Source: Terriglobia bacterium (GTDB lineage: Bacteria; Acidobacteriota; Terriglobia; 20CM-2-55-15). Taken from it: 64,000 nucleotides of DNA. The position numbers were made by a program, and so were the translations under genes. The stretch lies in assembly GCA_965198225.1 (NCBI GenBank), contig CBDAOY010000006.1, positions 128,001 to 192,000 of the forward strand. Reading direction: 5' to 3'. The notes under the pieces are model-generated. The model saw nothing but the letters and a program-made list of their open reading frames with translations. It was not told the DNA's origin and ran no database searches. Of the stretch, positions 19,804 to 28,663 are shown piece by piece (the first letter of the stretch is position 1; every line of letters starts with the position of its first letter).

Positions 19804-20748
19804 TTAAACGGAGGCCGTCGACCTCCCTTCCCCACCTTCGCTGTAGGCACGCGGTGAAAGGCCAGTGTGCTTCTTGAAGGCCCGCGAAAAATGACTTCGA
19901 CTGGAAAAGCCCACCCGGTCTGCGACCTCGTCGACAGTGACACTTCTTTGCCGTAACAACTGTGCCGCGCGTTGCATACGAATGTGGTGAACGAGCGTCA
20001 TCGGTGGACGGCTGAACGCGGCAGTGAAGTTCTCGGCGAATGCCGAACGACTCATCGCCGCCACTTCCGCAAGCGACTCCACTGTGTGGTTTGCTCCGGG
20101 CTCATCCAGAATCCGATCGATCACGCGGGCCAACCGTTCGTTCTCGAGTGCTGCCAGCCAGGGTAGGGGACACGGCTCGTCTTCACACAACTTCCGCAGC
20201 AGGTACACCATGCACTGGCTCATCAGAACGGCGGTCATGGCTTCGCTGCCCGGGCCGGGTTGCGACTGCTCGGCCAGAATGCCCTGGAACGCGGCACCGA
20301 CCTGGGGCACGTCGACCAGACGCACCACCAACATCTCCCGAAGAAGGTCGAACAACCCCAAAGATTCACCGAACTGCACGCGGACGAGGCCACATGCGAC
20401 AACCATGTTGGCCTCGTTGTCCACCGAACCCGCCAGCAACAGAGGATTCCGGACCCCTTTTGGTGGGGGGCCGTCGACGCGGACTTCGTGTTCGATATCG
20501 CCCGGCGACTCCAAGTCGTGTCTGGCTCCGGGTGGAACGACGACCAGAAAGCAGGGCCGCAGCTCGGAACGCTGGCCCGCCGCGTCCCGCAACATACCGT
20601 GGCCTTCGAGAACGAAGTGGAGCATCACTCCTGCAGGACCCGGCAGGCCCAAGCGCCAGCCCGTACTGATGGTGCATCGCGCGAAAGGCTCGGCGTGGAC
20701 GTTCAGGTTCAAGAGCAGTTTGTCCAGTAGCTTTCCAGCAGACATCAC
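19804..20748 (-). CDS. AraC family regulator with cupin sensor domain (RclR-like)
   Basis: HFVLEG cupin, VACG, WLAALENERL, TVESLAEVAAMSRSAF, VGFSSRSHFSRAFKK. Confidence 0.88.
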   Translation of the reverse strand: MMSAGKLLDKLLLNLNVHAEPFARCTISTGWRLGLPGPAGVMLHFVLEGHGMLRDAAGQRSELRPCFLVVVPPGARHDLESPGDIEHEVRVDGPPPKGVRNPLLLAGSVDNEANMVVACGLVRVQFGESLGLFDLLREMLVVRLVDVPQVGAAFQGILAEQSQPGPGSEAMTAVLMSQCMVYLLRKLCEDEPCPLPWLAALENERLARVIDRILDEPGANHTVESLAEVAAMSRSAFAENFTAAFSRPPMTLVHHIRMQRAAQLLRQRSVTVDEVADRVGFSSRSHFSRAFKKHTGLSPRAYSEGGEGRSTASV

Positions 20749-20790
20749 CGGATTCTATTCCGCTCACAACTTCGGTGGCAAGACTCCGGC

Positions 20791-20857
20791 TGGACGATTT
20801 GACACAGCATCCGGACGCCACGGACGCGCTTGGACGATCTGGCACACCTGCCGGAGC
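20791..20857. promoter_or_regulatory. Putative AraC operator repeats
   Basis: tggacgatttgacacagcatccgga and tggacgatctggcacacctgccgga 40 bp apart; each contains GGA(C/G) half-sites spaced 21 bp. Confidence 0.5.
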
Positions 20858-20998
20858 ACTTCGCACAGGGCCTCATGTGAAAGTAGGAGGTGGATGAGAA
20901 GGAAAGAGAATGACAGTCGACAAGGACTTTGTCGATGAAACCGCTCGAACCGCCTCCGTGGAAGCAAACACTCGGTGGGCGGACAAAGGAGATAGAAG

Positions 20999-21733
20999 AT
21001 GTTTAAGGGTTTGATCCTGGCACTGATTCTCGCAGCCTCGCCGGCAGGCGCACAATCCGCAAGACCCACAGATGCGACGGTTCAGGCGGAGGTGGAAAAG
21101 CGCCTGACAAAGCAAGATTTGGCTGAGGGCAACGACATCGAAGTCCGCGTAGACGATCTCATAGTCTTTCTGGATGGCTCGGTTCAGAATCTGAGACAGA
21201 AGCGCCAGGCTACGGAGGCCGCGATGAAAGCCGATGGCGCCTCGCACGTGATGAATCACCTGGTTGTGGCTCGGGGAGACCGGACCGACCAGCAAATCGC
21301 CGACAGGGTCGGACGGAAGGTACGTAGCCATCCTTTCTACGACATTTACGATTGGATCGACGGCGAAGTGAACGACGGGGTCGTCACGCTGAGGGGATGG
21401 GTCCGCGAGCCGTGGCGGAAGAGGCAATACGAAGCCCGTCTGGAAGAATTAGACGGTGTCGTTTCCATAGAGAACGAAATCGGTGTCTTGCCGGTTGCAT
21501 TATATGATGACGAGCTCAGAATCGCTGCCACGCGACGGATCTACGGTAATCCCCGGTTCGTCCGGTACGCGTCCCGGTCCCACCCGCCGATCCACATTAT
21601 CGTGAACCGCGGCCGGATCAGCCTCGAGGGAACCGTGGCCACTACAGTCGAACGCCGGCTCGCGGAAACCGCTCTCGTTGGTCTCAGCGCGCTGGAAATC
21701 GTAAACAACCTGTCGACCGACGCTGGTCTGTAG
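20999..21733 (+). CDS. Secreted triple-BON domain protein
   Basis: Signal peptide; three BON-like repeats (V.L.G.V ... V.N.L). Confidence 0.85.
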   Translation: MFKGLILALILAASPAGAQSARPTDATVQAEVEKRLTKQDLAEGNDIEVRVDDLIVFLDGSVQNLRQKRQATEAAMKADGASHVMNHLVVARGDRTDQQIADRVGRKVRSHPFYDIYDWIDGEVNDGVVTLRGWVREPWRKRQYEARLEELDGVVSIENEIGVLPVALYDDELRIAATRRIYGNPRFVRYASRSHPPIHIIVNRGRISLEGTVATTVERRLAETALVGLSALEIVNNLSTDAGL

Positions 21734-21748
21734 AGCAAGGAGAGACTC

Positions 21749-22243
21749 ATGTCGCGAAGATATGCCTTCATTGCACTAGCCGTCGTCATCGTCGTAACGA
21801 GTTCGTATCTGTTCCGGCCAGAACTGCCGGCCGCGAACCGGCAGGTGGATGTAATGTCTTCCGCCCCAACCGCAGCGCCCGTCCAGCAGCCCGAAACTTT
21901 GGTTTCAGGACACTTTCACGATGTTGCGCACGAGGGAACGGGCGTCGCGACGGTGTATGAACTGGCCGACGGGAGCAGGACGTTGGGGTTGACCCAGTTT
22001 CACGCGTCCAAGGGCCCGGACCTGCGCGTGTATCTCGTGGCTGCCGCGGATGCGGCCGACAGCGCTACCGTCGGTGGCGCGGACGTTGTGGATCTAGGGG
22101 CGCTCAAGGGGAATTCGGGCGACCAGAATTACGACGTCCCCCGGGACATCGATCTCGACAAGTATCGCTCCGTGAGCATCTGGTGCAAGCGCTTCAGCGT
22201 CAACTTCACGACCGCGCCGCTCGGGCCGGGCCCGGCTCTTTGA
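21749..22243 (+). CDS. DM13 domain protein
   Basis: SGHF, GPDLRVYL, DLGALKGNSGDQNY, SVSIWCKRFSVNF. Confidence 0.88.
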   Translation: MSRRYAFIALAVVIVVTSSYLFRPELPAANRQVDVMSSAPTAAPVQQPETLVSGHFHDVAHEGTGVATVYELADGSRTLGLTQFHASKGPDLRVYLVAAADAADSATVGGADVVDLGALKGNSGDQNYDVPRDIDLDKYRSVSIWCKRFSVNFTTAPLGPGPAL

Positions 22244-22245
22244 GG

Positions 22246-22944
22246 ATGAAATCTCGAATCATGAACAAGAACCGACTTCTCGAGCGTAGTCTCAAACCGG
22301 CCGTCTTCCTGTTGTGTCTCTTTCCCCTGGCCATCCTCGTCTGGAATGCCTTTTCGGGAAACCTCAGCGCCAATCCGATCGACGACATAACGGACACGAC
22401 CGGCCGATGGACCTTGCGCTTCCTGCTGATTTCACTCGCGGTGCGACCGGCTCGTCAGATCACCAAGATCGGCAGCATCATGCAATTTCGCCGGATGCTC
22501 GGACTTTTCGCTTTCTTCTACTCCGTGCTCCACGTCAGCGTGTACGTTGTGCTGGATTATTTCTTCGATTTTGCCGCTATGTTGCAAGAGATTCCCGAAA
22601 AGCCGTTTATTGCAGCGGGGTTTACGGCCTTCGTGGCTATGGTTCCACTGGCCATAACTTCAACGAAGAAATGGATTGGCCGGCTGGGTGGAAAACGGTG
22701 GCAACTGCTCCACCGGCTTGTCTACGTGAGTGCTATCGGTGGAGTGCTGCACTACTTGTGGGTCACGAAGGTGGTCGAAACGGGTCCGGTCGCGTATGCC
22801 GCAGCGCTTGCTCTGCTGCTCGGGTATCGCGTGGCCGTTTACCTCAGACCCGACATCGTTCGCCGCACGCACTCGCAAGGAAGACTGCGAGAGGCCGCTC
22901 ATCATTCGACGCCTGGACGGCCTCGTTACGAGAATGCCGGCTGA
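22246..22944 (+). CDS. msrQ: Sulfoxide reductase heme-binding subunit MsrQ (YedZ)
   Basis: ANPI, TGRWTLRFL, RRMLGLFAFFYSVLH, PLAITS, WQLLHRLVY, LHYLW. Confidence 0.9.
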   Translation: MKSRIMNKNRLLERSLKPAVFLLCLFPLAILVWNAFSGNLSANPIDDITDTTGRWTLRFLLISLAVRPARQITKIGSIMQFRRMLGLFAFFYSVLHVSVYVVLDYFFDFAAMLQEIPEKPFIAAGFTAFVAMVPLAITSTKKWIGRLGGKRWQLLHRLVYVSAIGGVLHYLWVTKVVETGPVAYAAALALLLGYRVAVYLRPDIVRRTHSQGRLREAAHHSTPGRPRYENAG

Positions 22945-23336
22945 GTGCTGGCTCATCGGACTGAAAGTCCAAAATGCGCAGGAACTGCTGTCGAGGGTTC
23001 GGTGGGATGACAATTGAAGGAGCAACCGGAAGACTTGACGGCTTCGGCGACCACGGCCTTTCCCGCTCCGCGACCCGTGGGATAAGAATCCCGCGCTGCG
23101 CCTTTGCGGCGTTCAGTCTGAGTTTATGGTCGCGCGGGTTGCACCTGTTCGCGGCGGCAGACAGCCGCTGTACCGATTATCGGATTCTCGGCCGGGAAGC
23201 GAAAGGCACAGCCAAAAAGCATTCAAACAAGCGCGTGGTCGCCGCACCGGTATTGCGTCTTCTATAGCACCCTCCTTGTCAAGAGTTAACATCGCGACCG
23301 CGGGTCTTACGCGGCCAGGAGCCTGACAATCAAGCC

Positions 23337-23771
23337 TCACCCGCCAATACCGTCGGCAGAGAGGTAGGACGCGAGAGAATCGAGTTCCTGTGTCAGGTCT
23401 TCCGTTCGATCACGCAGCAAGTATCGCATGGACACCATCCCCTCCACCGTGCCGCCTTCGCTGACGATCGGCAGGTGGCGGAAGTGGTGTTCAAGCATGA
23501 TCTTCAGAGCAGCGCCCACGGTCGTGCTCTTGTCGATCGTCACCGCTGGCGCCGTCATGACCTCGGCGATCGGTGTCCTCTGCGGATCTTTTTTCGTCAG
23601 CGCGACCCGTAGCATCACGTCCCGTTCGCCAAAGGTACCGACTAGCCTACCTCCTTCGAGGACAAGCACGCCCCCAACCTTCTCCTCTTCCATCAGGCGA
23701 ATGCCGTCCATCACAGTGCAATGTGACTCGATCGCTGGAGCTGGGATCTTCGCTATCTTGAGGATGTTCAT
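23337..23771 (-). CDS. CBS domain pair protein
   Basis: GRLVGTFGERD, VMT, FRHLPIV; GGAGG RBS. Confidence 0.88.
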   Translation of the reverse strand: MNILKIAKIPAPAIESHCTVMDGIRLMEEEKVGGVLVLEGGRLVGTFGERDVMLRVALTKKDPQRTPIAEVMTAPAVTIDKSTTVGAALKIMLEHHFRHLPIVSEGGTVEGMVSMRYLLRDRTEDLTQELDSLASYLSADGIGG

Positions 23772-23858
23772 TCGCCCTCCTCCATTCCGGAGCATGTCAT
23801 TGCCCGCGGTCCTGATCCTCGCCAGTCACGCAGTTCGGCCCCGTAAGATCAGCTCCGG

Positions 23859-24371
23859 CTACTGAGATTCAGGCTTCTTTTTGTCAAAAATCCTCAAGCT
23901 CGTGTAGTCCTCGCCCAGCCGCAGTGAGATCGTCATCAGCTGGCCATCTTCGGAGACGACCCGCCGGAGCAAGCCGACCTCCCGACCAGCATGCCTCAAG
24001 ATGGCCTCATCCGTGTTGGGCCTGACCCTTCTCAGCTTGATGGCATCCACAGTCCGGTCATCCACAGTCCGGGCACCTATTACCGGATCGAACATTTCGT
24101 AAGTCGCTACGTATTCGAAGGACGACGTAGTCCCGTCGGCGTGCACAGTTTCGACTGTTGCTTTCAGCCCCTCAGGGGTTCTCGCATAGGTTCGCGTCTG
24201 GCTCTGAGGCGGAGGCCCAGGGTCATAAATCGACCGCTCGACGTCTTGTATCCATGTCCCGATCAAAGGGTGGTCCTGTTCTGGAGCCTGGTTGGCACGG
24301 GGGTTGGACGTGGCAGAACAAAGGAAGAAAACCACCAGTAATCCGCAAAGCCTTTTCAATGCACGATTCAT
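23859..24371 (-). CDS. Hypothetical secreted beta-rich protein
   Basis: GGAGGAG RBS; signal peptide; GTW...S.YDPGPPPQS...RVVSEDG. Confidence 0.7.
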   Translation of the reverse strand: MNRALKRLCGLLVVFFLCSATSNPRANQAPEQDHPLIGTWIQDVERSIYDPGPPPQSQTRTYARTPEGLKATVETVHADGTTSSFEYVATYEMFDPVIGARTVDDRTVDAIKLRRVRPNTDEAILRHAGREVGLLRRVVSEDGQLMTISLRLGEDYTSLRIFDKKKPESQ

Positions 24372-24786
24372 GACTCTCCTCCGGTAGAAAGGACTGTCAA
24401 TTTACCCCTGTTCCAAGTTCCTTCCAGTGCACGTAACTTCATGCCAGGAACAGGGTCGGTGAGAGGCGAGCCCTCACCAGGTGTCGCGGCTGCACCGATT
24501 TTTGATCTTGATGCCTCGTCTCCTCTTCTGAAAATCGTCGAAGACGGCCCTCATGGTCCCGATTCATTGCCGCGCGGTCAGCCAAGCTCCGCGTCGCTCG
24601 CCACGGCGGAGGCAGCAACGGCGTCGGAGTTTCCTGACCTCCACGACCGCTACATTCTGTCAGAGGGAGCGAGACTCGCGTAACTGGCAAAAATACGGGG
24701 TTCCAGGCCCGCAAAACATACGGGGTTTCCTAGAAACGATTTGCGAGATTCTCAAGGCGCGAGGGTCGTGGGCAGGAATCGGGCGC

Positions 24787-25194
24787 CTAAGCGCGGCAGG
24801 ATGAGCGAAAGGTAACGCCATCCATGACCTTTCGAATCGCATGGCGCAGATCAGACCTCATGGAAAGTTTCGCCACATACCCTACAGCGCCGGCAGTGAA
24901 GGCAGCGCTCATATACGCGGGGCTCTCATGAACGGTCAGTATAATGACTCTTGTACTTGGAACGGCTTTCATTATCCGACGGGTTGCCGCAATTCCGTTC
25001 AGAACCGGCATCGAGATATCCACGACTGCGATGTCGGGTTCCAGTTCTTCAACCGCTCGAAGCAAAGCGCCTCCATCTCTCACCGTGTCAATGACATCAA
25101 ACTCAAGTTCCAGCAGCTTCCGAACGCGTTCCAGGATTTCCTGATCGTCATCGGCTAAGAGAACACGAAGTCTCTTCCGCTTCTCTTGCTGCAT
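24787..25194 (-). CDS. Single-domain response regulator (NarL-like receiver)
   Basis: VLLADDD, DISMPVLNG, LTVH, GYVAK. Confidence 0.88.
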   Translation of the reverse strand: MQQEKRKRLRVLLADDDQEILERVRKLLELEFDVIDTVRDGGALLRAVEELEPDIAVVDISMPVLNGIAATRRIMKAVPSTRVIILTVHESPAYMSAAFTAGAVGYVAKLSMRSDLRHAIRKVMDGVTFRSSCRA

Positions 25195-25556
25195 GCGTTC
25201 ACCTCAATGGTTGCGCAGAGCTGAGTAGAAGAAGCAGCAATAATCCAAACATTATCACCGTGCGTCTCATTGCCTTTCTCCAAGACAACAAAAGAAATGG
25301 ACCAGCTTCCGTGCAAGAAGAAGACGCGTGGCCCCAACCAGGGGCCCCATCGTCCCCACAACCCAGGGGCCTTTGTATTCGAGTGCCGATTCTTTGCCGA
25401 TCAGTCGCGGTGGGTACTCATTCGGAGTCGGGCGATTTCTTTGGCAGCTCCTTGGGATTCAGCACTGCGATGTTTTTTACACTAGCCGGATGTTGGGCGC
25501 TATCCGCAAAAGTTCCAGTTATTGAGTAGGGAAAGTACGTATGAGTCGCAGGACCA

Positions 25557-26198
25557 TCATTCAGGAGAGACGATGCCGTGCCTGGAAGCCCATACTGCAA
25601 GTTCGGCGATGCTGTGAACGCCCAGTTTCTCCATGATGCGGTACTTGTGGAATTCTACCGTTCTGGGAGATATGCCCAGAATTGCCGCGATGCTTTTGAC
25701 GGCATGGCCCTCCGCGACCAGTTGCAACACTTCCCGCTCCCGAGCTGTCAATTTAACGCCGATCTCAGGCTCCTGCGATTCATTAGTGAAGGATTGCAAG
25801 ACTCCGTCGGCAACGTAGGGAGTCATATATGTTCGTCCAGACAGGACGTGTCGGATTGCGGTCTGGAGTTCACTAGCGGCCGTATCTTTCACGACGTAGC
25901 CCGATGCCCCAGCCCGAAAAGCTGCTGCCGCGTACAATGCGTCATGATGCATGGTTAGAAAGATGATCTTCGCACGGGGGTCCGCTTTCTTGATTTGGCG
26001 CGCCGCTTCGATGCCGTTTAGCGCAGGCATCGAGATGTCTGCAACAATCACGTCGGGACTCAGCTTACCGAGGGCCTTCAGCAGGCTCCGACCGTCCGCA
26101 GCTGTTCCGATGACATCGAAATTGTCTTCCAGGATTCGACACAGGCCTTCGAGGAAGATGGCGTGGTCGTCGGCTAGCAACACTTTTGGGCGACTCAT
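25557..26198 (-). CDS. NarL/FixJ family DNA-binding response regulator
   Basis: LLADDH receiver; LTAREREVLQLVAEG...ISPRTVEFHK LuxR HTH. Confidence 0.93.
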   Translation of the reverse strand: MSRPKVLLADDHAIFLEGLCRILEDNFDVIGTAADGRSLLKALGKLSPDVIVADISMPALNGIEAARQIKKADPRAKIIFLTMHHDALYAAAAFRAGASGYVVKDTAASELQTAIRHVLSGRTYMTPYVADGVLQSFTNESQEPEIGVKLTAREREVLQLVAEGHAVKSIAAILGISPRTVEFHKYRIMEKLGVHSIAELAVWASRHGIVSPE

Positions 26199-27490
26199 GT
26201 TTTGCGCTTTTTCAGGGGAAGGAGAGCCCGCACTTGTGTTCCATCCCCGGGCTTGGACCGTACGGACAGCTCGCCGCCAAGCAGTCTCACCCGTTCCTCC
26301 ATGCTGAGCAGACCGAGCCGCGCCTTTCTTCTCACTCGAGACCGATCAAAGCCTTTACCGTTATCTGCAATCGAAAGCGAAACCTCTGCGGACTTGCCGA
26401 CCAGCGTGACACTTACTTCCTTCGCATCAGCGTGCTTGGCAACGTTTTGAAGACACTCTTGTGCAACTCGGTAGAGGCATAACGAAGCATCCTGGGAAAA
26501 GGATTCCGGTGTTCCCCGAGATTTGAATTTCGCTGGAAGCCCGTAACGCTTCGAGAACGTCAGACACTCGGCCTTCAGGGCCTCCCCCAATCCCAGGTCA
26601 TGGAGGATGGAAGGATGGAGGCGCCGGGACATTTCATGGGTATATTTCGCCAGAGTCCCGATCCGCGCCGCCAACTGCTCCAACTCATTGCGGACGATGC
26701 GATCGGTTAACGGGATCTGCTCCCGGAGTGTCGCCACGTCCATCTTTAGAACCGCAAGAGTCTGGCTGAAGACGTCGTGCAGCTCTCGTGCCCAACGTTT
26801 GTTCTCCTCTTCTCGATCTTGTATCAACTCGCTGGCCAGTGCTCGGAGGTCCTTTTCTGTTCGACGAAGCCGCGTCTCACTTCTCCTCAGGGCGTTCTCG
26901 ACCTCCTTCAGTCTCACGATATGTTTCGCGAGCGTGGCGACTGCCACTGCATCACCTGCTTCGTTTTCGATGACCGACAACGTCAGGAGCACAGGAATGC
27001 GTTTGCCCGCCTTGTTCCATCGCAGGATCTCCACGTCGCGCACCGATTGTCCACTGCGGCAGCGCCGCACAAGATCGTCGACTCGTTCGTGCTCCTCGGG
27101 TGGCAAGATCTGTTTGATAGATTGCCCGATCAGTTCATCACGTTTCCACCCGTACGCCCGTTCCGCTTCCGCGTTCAGGTCAATGATCGTTCCATCCATG
27201 TCCCTGATTATTATCGGATCAGCGGCGGCCCGAAAGACCCTGGATATCACGTATATTGCGTCTTCTGTTTGCTTCAGAGCTAACGGAACCGTCAGTCCTG
27301 CCCCGGCATCTTCGGGCGACGGGCTGGCGCTTCTTGTTGCGGCTTTCGGGGTTTGGGATCCATCCGGCTCACCCTGCCTGAGCCGTGATCGCTTTTTTGG
27401 GGGTGGGTGTTTACCGGGAACGGATTTCTCCGCTCTCGCCGAGGATGGTTTTCTCTTGGCTAGAGATGAGACGATGCCCTTTCGCGCCAC
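26195..27490 (-). CDS. Cytoplasmic PAS sensor histidine kinase (HisKA_3)
   Basis: PAS (NAEAERAYGW); ARELHD, LHPSIL, YRVAQECLQNVAKHA, DNGKGF, GLLSMEERV. Confidence 0.92.
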   Translation of the reverse strand: MARKGIVSSLAKRKPSSARAEKSVPGKHPPPKKRSRLRQGEPDGSQTPKAATRSASPSPEDAGAGLTVPLALKQTEDAIYVISRVFRAAADPIIIRDMDGTIIDLNAEAERAYGWKRDELIGQSIKQILPPEEHERVDDLVRRCRSGQSVRDVEILRWNKAGKRIPVLLTLSVIENEAGDAVAVATLAKHIVRLKEVENALRRSETRLRRTEKDLRALASELIQDREEENKRWARELHDVFSQTLAVLKMDVATLREQIPLTDRIVRNELEQLAARIGTLAKYTHEMSRRLHPSILHDLGLGEALKAECLTFSKRYGLPAKFKSRGTPESFSQDASLCLYRVAQECLQNVAKHADAKEVSVTLVGKSAEVSLSIADNGKGFDRSRVRRKARLGLLSMEERVRLLGGELSVRSKPGDGTQVRALLPLKKRKT

Positions 27491-27526
27491 GCGGTCCTCT
27501 CCTGGCTGCCGTGGCTCCCGCCAAGC

Positions 27527-28399
27527 CTACTCCCCGACTTGCATGGTCAAGACGGGGCAATTGACTTTGTTCAGCACCCTATCGACGGTCGTGCCGTAGA
27601 AGTACCCGTGGGTTGCACTGTAACCTTTGGCGCCCATAATGATCAGCGACGCGTCGATTTCTTCCTCGGCCTCGACGATGCAGTCGCTCGTGCGACCCAG
27701 TTTTACGAGAGTATTCACCGTGCCGTCCGACAGGAACTCCTCAGGGGTGATGTTTCGCATCTGATTCTGAGCCCATTCCCGTGATCGGTCGAGTGAAGCA
27801 TCAACTTGCTCCTGCCGCACCAGACGTTCCAACGCAGTCGGCGTTTTCACAGCATGGATGAAATGTAGCGGGCGCTTGAGTAGTGTCTTCTTTATCTTGA
27901 AGGCGTAGTCAGTCACCTTTTTGGACTGGCGCGAGAAGTCCGTCGCCACCAGAATTCTTTCGACCGACGGATCCACCTCCGAGTCTACGTTCTTGACCGG
28001 AACCGCGAGGACTGGCCGGGTAGTGCTTCGCACGACCTGCATCGTCGTGACGCCTCTCATGCTACCCATGACGACCAAGTCCACCATTTCCTCAATCGCC
28101 AGCTTGCATATTTCTTCAGGTGGCTTACCCTGCGACATAAGCCGACGGACAGTTGTCTTGAGTTTCACTTCCTCTGGCAGCAGTTCCATCACTTCTGTAT
28201 CGACGTGGAAGTCCATCTGCTTTTGCAGCTGGTGCACATCAAACAGCGATGCCCAGTGCGAATGCGGCCCGAAGAAGTTATTGACCACATGCTGAACGAT
28301 GAGCTCACCCCCATTGAACTTCGCCAGAGAGATCGCGTATCGGAGTGCGTTGTTGCTTTCCTTGGAGAAGTCAGTCGGAAAAAGTACTCGGTTGAACAT
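27527..28399 (-). CDS. Tandem universal stress protein
   Basis: VLFPTDFS and ILVATDFS repeats; DLVVMGS; CPVL. Confidence 0.9.
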   Translation of the reverse strand: MFNRVLFPTDFSKESNNALRYAISLAKFNGGELIVQHVVNNFFGPHSHWASLFDVHQLQKQMDFHVDTEVMELLPEEVKLKTTVRRLMSQGKPPEEICKLAIEEMVDLVVMGSMRGVTTMQVVRSTTRPVLAVPVKNVDSEVDPSVERILVATDFSRQSKKVTDYAFKIKKTLLKRPLHFIHAVKTPTALERLVRQEQVDASLDRSREWAQNQMRNITPEEFLSDGTVNTLVKLGRTSDCIVEAEEEIDASLIIMGAKGYSATHGYFYGTTVDRVLNKVNCPVLTMQVGE

Positions 28400-28663
28400 C
28401 TTTGCTACCCTCCCTTTGGATCCAGTCGAGAGAGGCTGCGACTTCTCGAGGATCAACCGCCCCGTCTACAAGCGACGGCGCGCGACATCACTGGAGTTCC
28501 ATGAGATACCCGAAAACCCACGGAGTCAAGTGAAGTTTGTCATGCTGACGCTCAGATTCCCGCCGCTGTTGTAGCCATCTAGACGGATCACTTCACAAGG
28601 ACTTATGTGGAATGACCGCTACTCTTTGCAAGTAGCGGTCATTGTTGCCAGGAAGATGCGAAG

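Noticed and set aside
22945-24780. Possible ncRNA or genes in the gaps 22945-23336 and 24400-24780
   Set aside because: No recognisable motif, fold or credible ORF by eye; a cmscan/BLASTX run would be needed.
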